DNA of 63,130 bases, the filler included, from Bipalium vagum (Eukaryota), in assembly GCA_037834085.1 (NCBI GenBank). It is 3 parts of 3 records of this genome, joined end to end, with 100 filler letters (N's around TTAATTAATTAA, not from the genome) between each part and the next. Parts side by side here need not be neighbours in the genome. Positions count along the whole stretch, not along the records: positions 46,415 to 63,130 come from JBBMKC010096969.1; 2 more parts are not named here. The stretch is one strand, 5' to 3'. The notes below the pieces were generated by a model. The model did not search any database, was not told the DNA's origin, and saw only the letters and a program-made list of their open reading frames with translations. The translations under genes were made by a program, and so were the position numbers. Numbering within the stretch: the stretch's first letter is position 1; each line of letters opens with the position of its first letter. Positions 51,521 through 63,130 of this stretch are shown here, in pieces.

Positions 51521-52658
51521 AGATCTTCTTTTATATTAATTAATATAACGGAATCAAGTTTAAAAAGTAGTTATTCAAAAAAGTCTTATGTAATTTCTAA
51601 CTTATTTTGGTGCTTGCTTAAATAAATATTTATTATAATTTTCTTCATTATTTTATAATTGTTCATTATGATTTTTTGATTTTAAATGACTTATTAATCT
51701 AGTTTGCTTAGAAAATTTTTTACAGATTTCATATTAAATTTTCATTTTTGGTCTCTTTTTTATTGGTTATATTTCTATATAGTTTTCTGTACTTATAGAT
51801 GTTGGGTGTGATAGATAAGTAGTATATAAGTGAATGAAAAGTGATATTACTTTTTACGTTGTTTATTTTTCACGGTTTTTTCTATCTTCACAATGACTAT
51901 TTTTAGAGATATATTTTTTCAAAATTCGAAATAATATTTTTGATCAATTTTCTAAGAAAATAAATTGATTAATGAATATAAACGATCTAAGCACGTAGTA
52001 GAGTAAGAATAGTTGGTGGAGATAGCACTTTTCTTATAATATACGACTATCTTCTATTATATTTTTCGATCTCGCAACGCAAAACCATTCAAAAACAGCT
52101 TCATTTAATTCTTCAAGAATCTTTTTTTTTATACACATCTAAATTCTTCTTAGACATTATTAATTATCGCGTTCTTTATTTTATATATAAAGAGACTTTA
52201 AAAACTTAGATTTAATTTTCTTACTTAAACAAATTCCAACTTTGACAGGTTTCATTGTAGGAAATTTTAAAATAAAACTTTTATCATTTTAGTGATAGAA
52301 GTAAATATTTCTCATCACTAATCTCTTTAATATTCTCTTTTACTTTTTAATATTTCCTTGATAACTCTACTCTGCTTCGCACTAGGAGACAGGATATGTA
52401 ATTTACGTATTATCAGAACACCAAGGAGGAATTAAATAATAATCCTTTTGATGATAGTAATTGTACTTTAAAGATAGACTGTGATTAATTTGATAAAAAC
52501 TTTTGTTAATTGAAATCTTTTATTATTTAAATATTCTCAGAGGAAGTTGGTGAGCTCAAAAGTCGCAACTACCCAGAAGTTTAAGAAAAACAAGAGAAAT
52601 CTTGTAAAGCCTTACATTTTAAAGTGATATAAAATAAATCAGTATTTATTTCAAAATA

Positions 52659-53950
52659 CAAGGTCTTCCAAAAGAAGATTTACCACTTTTAACATATTAA
52701 ATACTAAGCATTTTTTTAAAAAAAATTAATTAATATTTAACATTATTCTAGCTAAACATTTGAGAATTAAATATGGATCATTATAATATGCAACAGCGGG
52801 TAGAAATTTTCAAAATATTTTATCAAAGCAGTAGTTCAATTTCAGGAACCGTAAACATTAAATGCAAAATTTTTGAAAAACAAAGGTCCATCAAAACCAA
52901 CAATTTACAGTCTGGTTAATGCTTTTGAAGTATTTGGTTGGGTAGTAGATAGACCAAAATTTGGACGACCTCGATCTACTCGTATACATGAAAATATTGC
53001 AATTACAAGAGAAAGCATTGAAGACAATAAATGCACCCCAATCAGTCATAGAGCACAGAAATTAAACCTCTCAAAATCCAGTTTGTCGCAGATAATGCAT
53101 TAAGATTTGCACATAAAAGCTTACCGTAGTTCAGAAGCTTAAAGAATCAGACCATCAAAGTCGCCTGAATTATTGTATTTGGTTGTTAGAAAGATCAATT
53201 GCGGATCCTCATTTTTGGAAAAAATTCATTATGACTGATGAAAGTCATTTTCACTTGAGTGAAGGTGTTTTTAATAAATAAATTGTCGAATTTGGGCAAC
53301 AAAGCAACCCTATGTTTTGAAGGAAGAAGCATTACATTCGCCAAAAGTTACTGTTAGTTGTGGAATATGGGAAAGAGGTGTAATTGGTTCATACTTTTTC
53401 GAAAATTCTACAGGTAAAACAGTTACAGATATCGACACATGGTAGAAACATTCCTTAAGCCTTATCTGAATGATTTTAATGTGGAGAGTATTTACTTTCA
53501 GCAAGATGGTGCCACATCCCATACAAATAGGAAAGCAATTGCATTATTACACGAAATTTTCCCATCTGGAGTGATCTCACGTTTCGGTTATGTTGATTGG
53601 CCTCCCAGATCTCCCGATTTGACAGCTCCAAACTATTTTGTATCGGATATCTAAAAGATAAAGTTTATATTAATCAACCAAAAACTATTACACAATTCAA
53701 AGACAACATTTCGGAACAAATCGCTATGATTTCAATTGACTTATGCCAAAAAGTTATGCAAAGTTCCATAAAATACCCCAAACTTGTAAGACTGCCAGAG
53801 GCTGTCATTTTAATGACATCATATTTAAAATATAATTTTTTGTAATATCTGTGTTTAAATAAAGGTATAAATAAAATTACCTGGGTTTTTAATTTTTATG
53901 TACGGAGAAATAGCGACTTAAATTAGTAAAGCTTCTTTTGGAAGACCCTG
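52659..53950 (+). mobile_element. rosa/DD41D Tc1-mariner element, degenerate full-length (1292 bp)
   Basis: TA-flanked TIRs CAAGGTCTTCCAAAAGAAG and CTTCTTTTGGAAGACCCTG; MTDESHFHL; FQQDGATSH...WPPRSPDLTAPN (41-residue spacing, last D changed to N). Confidence 0.92.
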
Positions 53951-54593
53951 TATTACTAAATACCAAATACTATATGTTGATTAATCTTTTCCTTAATCAT
54001 TTTTTGACCAGTTGCTTACTTTAATAGGAGGAATGTATTAGTCTTATCTCTGGTTTCTGAATTCTAATTTCCATAAACATTTTCTATAAATAATGAATTG
54101 GTTCGATTAGACAAAATCAGATTGTAATGTAAAAGATTTTGAATTTTTACCTTTAAATTTCGATATTATTTTAAAAATATTATCATTGTAAGTTTATTTG
54201 GTAATTATCATGAAGTAATTGTATAGAAGTTCATTTAAATTTTGATTATTATATTAATTCAAATTCCCTGTTTCATTTTAAAAAAACTTATAAAAAATTG
54301 TCATTAACTATTTAAGAAGTGAGAGATTTTTTAATTTTAAAATTAAAAAATTCTTTTGCGAGTTTTAAGCATTTTTTTCAATTAATACAATAACAAAAAT
54401 TAATTTTCTACATGGCTCATATTTATTTTTGTTGTTCTTTAAAATAATTGTTGTATGGTATTTTCAAATGATATTATTTCAAATTGGTATTTTATATTTT
54501 CGTCATTCCCATTTTGCGTCAAGAAAATATTATTTTGTCGAAAGTAATTAATGTTACATGTGTTAAATATTTTAAGCTTTTAATAATGTAAAT

Positions 54594-57500
54594 ATGATCG
54601 ATACAAAAATTAATATAAACGATAACAGTCAAAATTCACCAATATCGAATAATTATGATATCCAAGATTGTGATGAGATGAAAGACGTTGATATATCTCA
54701 TGATAGTATAGACAAGTCACTATATTTGATGTCCGACAAGAAAAATAAGTCTCCAGTTTCGTTGTCTTTATCGTCTACACCGTGTGAAAATACAACTTAC
54801 GAGCAGTCACTTCAAAACAAAGGTTTAAATAACTCCGAGGACACCTCCAGCAGCATAAACTGTGCTGAATTTGCTGCCATAAGTGATCCGAATGAACAAA
54901 ATGGTGAGTTTGATTACGAATCAGAGGAGACCGAGGAAAGCGAATCGGATTCCGATTTTTCTACAGAAGACGAAGACTCGTCAGACGAGAACGATCCCGA
55001 TCAATCTAACAATTCCATCATGCAAGAGCGATGGAAGGAGCTGGACAAGTACGGATTGTCCAGTCACTTATTACATACCCAGCCGAATGGAGAACTTCCA
55101 AATCCGCCAAACCTTTACCGAATGAGTGCACCGATAAATTTGTCCGCCAATCATCAGCTATCCGAAAGTGGGCTACCAGCCAGCGGGTTTCTGATGAACA
55201 ATTCTCCGATGCCTGACGAACAGTATCATTTGGGCATGAATGCGCATTTGACGAATAACGCTTTAAACATGTCCATGCGTCACATGTCCTCAATCCAATC
55301 CATGAAATCAATACCTCCGACAAAGTCGAACCACTTACATGCCATGGAAACCGATCCACACTTTCACATGGTAACACAAAAGCCGTTCAAATCGGATCCG
55401 TTACACTGTCGCTTGCCCCACCCCAGTCCAAGCATGCACCTCAACCATTCTGGAATGAACTTCGACTATTCTAAGCAGGCTCGTCACACCGTAAACCACC
55501 AACCGTATCCCGTGTCAGACATGCGATCTCAGTTCCACATCAGCATGATGATGAACAACCAAGGAAATCTCGATGTCGACCCACTACCCATTCACCCGAT
55601 CTCTCATCCTCACATTCAAGATTTTCGCTGCAATTACTGCAACAAATGTTACACCAACCAGTCGTCGTTGCGCAGCCATTTGAAGAAGCACATGAACATC
55701 GACGAAAAGAAATACAAGTGTGAGAAGTGTTCCTATTCGTCCCAGTATCAGAAAAATCTGCTGAAGCATATGCATATAAACCATGCCGAGATCAACGATA
55801 CCCAACACTGCCGGTGCGACATTTGTGACAGAATCTTTGCTAGCGAGTTTCTGTTGAAGGACCATTTACGAATGCATACCAACGACAACACGTACCAATG
55901 TCAACAGTGCTGCAAAAAGCTCAAAACGAAACTCAAGCTGCGCTACCATGCTGATGTGCACAATCCGGAAAAGCCGTACGTCTGCGATATTGACAATTGT
56001 GACAGAGCATTTAGAACACCGAAATATCTCAAGAACCACAAAGACGAATTCCACAAGCTGAAACCGAAAAAGCATTTCTGTCCCGTGGAAAGTTGCAAAT
56101 TGGTTTTCCAGCGAAAAAGTCATTTGAAACGACACATGGCAATGCACGATGGCGAAAAGAATTACCATTGCCATTGGCCGGACTGCAATCGAAGTTTTCG
56201 GACCCAGGAAACGCTGAATGTTCATCTGATCCGTCACACGGGCGAAAAACCATTCAAATGTGAACTGTGTGATTACAGTTGCCGTCAGAAAGCATCTCTA
56301 AATTATCATTGTAGAAATGCTCATGCTAAGGATTGTGAACGATTATTGGGACTGAAACCGATAACGAACGACTGCCGGCCCCCTGGAAGTAGGCCTGTTG
56401 GTAGGCCGCCAAGAAATCGGTCGGATGCTCTGCTCGACGGGGACTGTCATCGACAGGATTCAACCAAATTCGACGTGAATTCAGATGAGAACGACGGAAA
56501 GTTGGAATCGAAAATCGAAAGCGATGTCAACGGTATAATCAGTAATTTAGAGAAAGATCCCAATATAATCGATATATTCAAAAAACCGGCTCCAGTGGAA
56601 GAAAACGATTTGTTGAGAAAAGAAGTATTCATGATTGCCGACGAGGTATTGAGCAATCCGCCACGATATTATGGAGAGATCGAAGAATTTTCATTGGAAG
56701 AACTGTGCACAATTGAGTTGTCCATTAAATCCAAGCGGGGACGGAAACGAAAGGTTTTGAAGGAGTTGGATGCGTTGTTGGCAATGAGCTTGAATGAAAA
56801 TCTGAACGAAGACGATGACTCTCTCTCTTACAAGGAGGACGTGGAAGACGATCCGGAACAGCATTCGCCAGTTTCCAATACGAAGTCGCAATACATTCCG
56901 TCTCTCGTTCAGTCTACGTCGAACAATATGAATTGCATGTCTTCAAAGAACAGTCAACGACCGTTGTCTGGATTCTCCGACATCCAAGAGGGCCGAATGA
57001 CGCCGGAAATAATGCACCACCATCGAGCCGCAACGCCGGACAATTGCAAACGATATTCATTGAACTTGAACACTTCCAAAAAGATGACCTCCAACCGTAT
57101 TACTTCATACAGTTCTTCTAATCACACGAACGGCGTTTCCAGTTTCGATGCAAATTATATTCTCAACAATAACAGTTCCTGTGTATCTGATCAGCACCAG
57201 TCTCCGTCTCCCGGCAACAGTCCCGTTTCCGGTTCCGTTAAAGTCGAGGACGGTATCAATGGAGAAGAGGACATCAACGGGGACAATTTGGATTCACAGC
57301 CCCATTCAAATGGACACTTGTCACCGGAACCGGCAAATTTGAGTTGTCAAAAGCGAAATATATTGTCGCCGAAACGTGAATTCGTTTTCAGAAAATCTCC
57401 TGAGAAACTTCTGTCAAATATGGAGCTGAAAATCGAGAACGAGTCCAGTATCCACGATTATCGAAATTTGCAAAAGCAGTTCGAAAACCCGCTTTCGGCT

Positions 57501-58477
57501 CTAAACAATTTGGAGAATTTGAAGATGAACAAAGATTTGCTGGATCAAGTTCTCGAGGACCTGAAAGTCATTCAAAACGACGAAGATCATCTGCAGAAAA
57601 CATTTCTCCGTCCCAATTCCGCTGCTACTGCATACTCGTCCAACAATTCGTTTCGAAACATTAGCGAACTGAATGGCAGTTCCGAGAGCGGATCAAAAGT
57701 CATTTCAAAATTGTCTAATATTTCCCATTCTCTGAAAATCTCCACCAGCGAAAATCATGTTCAACCGAAATCACTGGATTCCAGTCTGTGGTCTGATAGC
57801 GGTTACTCTTCAGGTTACGATAGCAGTGGACTGAACAAGGAAAATCCCAACATTAACTCCATGAATCCGGTTTGTTCCGATATGTCGATTCCATCGATTT
57901 CTGATAGAGGATACAAAATCCCCAGTCCCTCTTCAAGTGCTGCCGCCGCATTTATTGAGAAAACGGCTGCAGCTGCCGAAATGGCGGCTCTGTCAGCCAG
58001 CGCTGCTCTGCTGAATTCTGATTTCTATAATTCCTACCAACAGAGCATGAACAACAACAGAACGTCAGCTGAATCTAATTACATAAATTATGATGGACCC
58101 GTGCCCGGATTGACCAGTGAACTGACGAGCATGAGCAACATTTGTTCTACTATGTACAAAAATGGACTTGAGGACCATTTACGTTCTTTGACTGCTCTTG
58201 GTTCCAAATATATGGAAAATAACGGATATCAAGGTATGCAATAGACATTAACATCAATTACATAATTGTCATGACCTGTTATGACTTAACCATTTATCAT
58301 TGCATTCCAATTCAGGTAACAGTCGATCTGATAGCAATTCTGGACCCGATGTCAACGGAATAGGAGCATTTACCAATCTCTGGTCCAGCGCGTCAGTTTC
58401 TTCTGGCGACTATCTGTCAATTTCTAGTAATGGCGGTTCAGGATGTTTTCCCCTAAATCCTTTTGATCCAACTAATG
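54594..58477 (+). CDS. C2H2 zinc-finger transcription factor (8 fingers, AT-hook-like motif; last finger ZFP91/ZNF276-like)
   Basis: Exon 1 54594-58233 (donor CAAG|GTATGC), 82-nt intron, exon 2 58316-58477 in frame (donor AATG|GTAAGA). A possible terminal exon is 59846-59856 (GSK*). Eight C2H2 fingers at ~55625-56325, an acidic N-terminal tract, GRPPR and KRGRKRK motifs. Confidence 0.93.
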
Positions 58478-59023
58478 GTAAGAAAGTTTCATTCAAACAA
58501 GATCTGAAACTTAAATTTATTTCAAAATTAAAAGCAGCTGAAAACGTTTTTTATTTAATTATATTTTTAATTTTACTTTGTTTTTTCGTTTTTTTAATAA
58601 ATATGGAAATAGTTAAAAAATTAAAAATTTTTATGCCTTCCTTTTCCAAATGATCAGTACTTAAGTTTTTGATGAGAAATGATTGCAAATTGTAACACGA
58701 CTGTGGGTAAAACATTTTCAAAGAATTGATCAAGATGCTTTCCAAAATCGATTTTTATCTTCTTGAAGTGCCAAATATGAAAATATAGACATTTTTTTAA
58801 AGCCAATCTTTCTTTTGAAATCTTGGAATGACATGTTTGTTCTTTCTGATCTTTTGGAAGTTTTTGCAAACTTTTTTAATATAATTTATTTCTATTAATA
58901 GTTTTAATTTCTGAAAATTTTTAAAAATTTCATTATTATTCGCTTTTTTCACGATTTGATTTATTTTCACTAAATATTCTCCAAGATTAAAAAAATTTCA
59001 TAAAAAATAAAAATTTTCAAATA

Positions 59024-59430
59024 CAGCGAAAGTCGGTTAATACGATTACGTGGATATTACGATATAATTAATCGGACCCTTTTTAAGATATATAATTTTG
59101 ATATATATATTTAAGCATCGCTTAATACGATTCGATGTACATATATATAATTTAATTACATTATATAATATAGATTTATCGATTTTTCAATATATTTTAT
59201 TTTAAATAATTAACAAAATTTTTTAATTTCGAAACAAGCTCATAATGTTTATAAAATAATAATAATAATAATAATAATAAAATTAATTATTATCATTATT
59301 AAACTAGTTGCAAAATGAATAGAATTTTACGGAAAAATGGCTAGCATAATTGTAATTGACAAATAAACGTCGTGGATAAAAACGCCCTTGCTAAAATTAT
59401 CAAGGACAAGAAAATAAAAATTGATTAAGT
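59024..59430 (+). mobile_element. Possible Tigger/pogo 5' end remnant
   Basis: TA-CAGCGAAAGTCGGTTAATACGA terminus with repeated TTAATACGA/ATTACGA subterminal motifs. Confidence 0.4.
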
Positions 59431-62400
59431 GCTGATTTTTTTTTATTTCTGAACCATTTTAACAAAAGTCGCCTTCTCAATAATTTTAAATTGATATATT
59501 TTACAGCGAAAAATCAATTAAAGTTGTACAGTCTTTTTTTATTTTAAGAATCAGTAAACAATAATGATACATTAAAAATTATAAATAGATAATATTAAAA
59601 ATAATAAAATATAAATAAAATGATATTTATTGCAGTATCGACAATAATTTTAATAATCTTAATAAGTAGTATTTAGCATTTTCTACAAATCAAATATTTA
59701 CGTAAAATCGTTCGACTTCTTTTGGAAATGAAACTTTTATCTTTTATTTTATATTAAATGATTTTCAATTTGTAAAATTTTCTTTCAATTTTTCAATGGA
59801 AAATTTTCACAATATTTTATCGTTTTCAATTATATATATGGACAGGTTCCAAATAGTAAGCTATCTTTGCCAAATCGGTCGTTGTTATCATTATTAACAA
59901 CAATAACATCCTGAATCAGTTGTTATGAAGAAGTTTTGAAATCCTGAACGTCAGTTGCACATATTTATCGTCGACATTTAGAATTTTTTTTAAAAAGAAA
60001 TAGTCATAATACTGATTTTGAACACCTGTCGGCTTGACCTGTTAAATAAGACAAAAATGACAGCAAATATTATCAGCAGTGTTGTTAGTTTTTCTACCAG
60101 TTGTTGTTCCTTGTAACCTACTGTGGCTGGTCTGATTTTAGGCAATTCTGCCAGAGACTAGTAGATTTCAGGATAATATGATTTGACGATTACCCTACGT
60201 CTTATCTCGACTTAAATACTTAACTAGGTTTATATGCCCAGAGAAAGGCATGCAATTCTTGTCTAAAATATAAGCAACACGGGAATAAACCACCGCTGAT
60301 CAATGTTGGTGGCATTGCTGTTCGTCTTTAGCAAAAAAAATGGTGGTACCAATCTTTATCGGCTGATATTGGTACATTTATTCTACCCATACCAACATTA
60401 TCCAGTGCTGTGCAAAGCCAATGTGCACGGGATTAGGGAAAAGTGCTTTAAAAATAGGAATTGATAAAATCTGATAATTTGCGCAATGAAAAGGCTAATT
60501 GTCCAGAGACGGAAAAACTTCTCAACCCATATACTATAGAAATAAAATAAAATAAATAATAATAACAACTGAAGGGTCTTCAAATGAAAAGTGATATATT
60601 ATACTGACGATAAAATAAGTGTTGGGAAATATATCCCATTCAACCAAACGGAATAAATCTGGAAAAAAATAAAAGCCAAAAATATTTGGACTTAATATAC
60701 AGATTAAAGAAGGAAAATTATATAAAGAAAACCGCAATAAATAATGCTTCAATATTGTTCAGATCTTAACTTGAGATTTTAATCTATATAAAGCCAGTGA
60801 GAATTGAGTTAAAATAAAAATTGAACTTCTCAAGCATCATTCATATTTCATCTCGTGCGAATGAAACACATGCGTGCGCAAATGAACCTTTCGATAATGC
60901 CTCTCTCCATGGATAATTGATGGAATATGCGGGCTGAGTGTGTCCTCAGTTAAGCAGCAATCAACTGCGCCTAGAAGCAGAATTCATCTCTCGTCTCTCA
61001 TTGACAAGCTTCCTCTTTCGTTTTTTTCCCCCCAATGCATCATGATCAATGCTAACATGTGATGCCTGCTAAGACAGAGAGCTAAATCACTAATACTCAA
61101 ACTGAGCTGTTTAGCCAGCAGGAATTTCCCCGAACAACATTGACGAGTTGCTGCCTGACTGAGAGAGTGTAGCTGGCTTTGGTAGGAGCTTGTTTCAGTG
61201 CGGATGTGCTTTTTCAATGGGCGATAGATTTCCTACCATTCTCTTTTTTTGTCTCTTTCTCTGTAGTTAGAATAATATCAGTTATTCTCTACACTGTCTT
61301 CAGGTTTTTTCCCCATTGATCACAACACTCTAAATACAACAGCCCGGCCGAATTCTATCAATCTTTCACTATATTTTCTGTGCCTTTTGATTTTATATTT
61401 TTAATAAATAAATTTTTTGTCGAGGATTTCAGTGATATTTTGATGTAGAAAATTAAGCAAGAATTAAACCCAATCCATTGGCTAATCAGGTCTGTTTTCC
61501 GTCAAACAGTCTCTTTGATTGTATCTCCTCTACCATCCTCCCTGAATCACTGCTACGTCTTGTTCTCCATAGAGATGCATGAGGCTATGTTTGTATGGTT
61601 TGGGAAAAGGAGTTGCGTGTACAATTGTATCTTTAGCAGACATTCGAACAAAGCTTCTACTATTAAATGGAAATATATGTTGTCATAGTAATATTGAATG
61701 AAGCTTTCTTAAGCAAAAAATGAACTGATTTCCAAATACAGTTAAAAGATGATATTTCTTTTGCTGGTTAGCTCAACACTTGAACGTACAATTTTCCCCA
61801 GCACACATTGATATAATTTCTTTTCGTCAAAATAGACCAATTCCCCTTTTCTCTACTTTCATTAGTCGGGCTCTGTTCAAAGGCGTATTATTTTATTTAT
61901 TTATTTATTTATTGATTGATAATCAATTCTTTTTTCACGTATAGACCTTTTCAGAGAGATTTTGTGTTTCGGTTTTTTCTTCTTTTATCTTGTTTTTTTT
62001 TGTTCGATTTTTTTTCTTTTTTCCTCATTTTTTTTTCAACCTGTCTTATTCGACCTTTTTTGGAATATTACAAGGGATAATGTGTTTCCGGTTTTCCAGA
62101 TCCATAAATTCAACATATATATATATATATATATATACAGGCATTATTATTGTTGTTTAGTATTATAAGATTATATAATATAATGTGAATATTATTTTCT
62201 GTAAAATACTTAATATTTTAAAAAAAATTATAAAAATTTATTTAATTAATACATTTAATTGTTACTTTGAAAAGGAGTTGTTTTAATGAAATAAAATTAA
62301 TAATTTTATTAATAATTCCATCGAGTTAATTTTGTTTATTATTTTTTTCTGGAAAATATTTAATATTTTTAACAAAATTTATAAACATTATCAAAAGAAT

Positions 62401-62839
62401 ATTGTGGAGATGTTTTGTTGAAAAAAGTTTGTCATAATCCGAGTGTGTTTTTGTTTTAATTTTTCAATCGAAATTATTCCATAACTTTATATTATTTTAT
62501 TATATTATGGATTTTGGAATTTTTTTTTCGTTTGTAAATGAATGACGAAGGAAAACCATTGCGATTTATCATTTAATTACAAAAATTAAAAGCTTTACAT
62601 CGACTCAATAAATTTGATTTTGTATTATTTTGCTTCATGAGCGAATGTGAAGTCTTTGCCAATTTGGATATTTTCTTTTTGTAAAATTTCTCTTTCTTAT
62701 TTTTTCTTTAAAGTTACCAATTAGTATCGATATATGTATATGTATATATTCTGTCTTTTCGAATTTGTTTGAATGGAGATTTAGTTACATTAATGATAAT
62801 TAACGAACGAAACTTATATGATTTTACATAAATATATTA

Positions 62840-63130
62840 ATTTATTATTTATTATTATTTTTTTTATTAATATTTTTATTATTTATTATTAATAATAATA
62901 TTATTATAATTATTATTATAATATTATTAATTTTTTTATTGTTATTATTATTATCATCATTTTTATTAAAATTATTAACATAATTATTATTTTTTATTAT
63001 TTTTATTATTTTTTTTATTATTATTAAAATTATGAGTTTTTTTTTGTTTTATTTATTATTATTATTATTATAAGAAGTATTTTTATTTTTATTTTTTAAA
63101 ATCTTTTTATTTTTAACATTATTATTATTA
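62840..63130. repeat. Degenerate (ATT)n low-complexity tract
   Basis: Almost pure A/T with tandem TTA units. Confidence 0.8.

Noticed and set aside
54883-57342. Overlapping and antisense ORFs within the ZF gene (likewise within BRM, 25926-28457)
   Set aside because: Shadow frames of GC-richer coding sequence with no recognisable motifs.

Overview
AT-rich eukaryotic genomic DNA with spliceosomal introns. The ~45-85 nt minimal introns, very low GC and Tc1/mariner load suggest a planarian-type flatworm (inference). Host genes: (1) a 12-exon rdgB/PITPNM (Nir) gene on + (3.8-24.3 kb), mostly missed by the ORF track, with FFAT and DDHD regions but no PITP domain and no LNS2 end in view; (2) the 5' half of a BRM/BRG1 (SMARCA2/4) gene on - (28.5-25.7 kb), running head-on into the rdgB gene, both stopping at splice donors; (3) a decayed HYOU1/GRP170-like HSP70 gene on - (~37.7-37.0 kb), absent from the ORF track; (4) a large 8-finger C2H2 gene (54.6-58.5 kb or beyond) whose last finger is ZFP91/ZNF276-like. 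The rest is mostly transposon debris: many mariner, rosa DD41D, DD37E-like, pogo/Tigger, piggyBac, Gypsy RT, solo LTRs, Polinton/Maverick integrase and pPolB relics, a young mariner MITE, and three copies of a tRNA-Ala-derived repeat. Two gaps contain an artificial TTAATTAATTAA spacer, so contiguity across 29.6 and 46.3 kb is unproven. I found no convincing novel multi-gene system. The best leads are the mutually incomplete rdgB/BRM pair, the apparently PITP-less rdgB, the hidden GRP170-like gene, the tRNA-derived repeat and the Polinton relics. All family assignments are by eye from remembered motifs; no searches were run.
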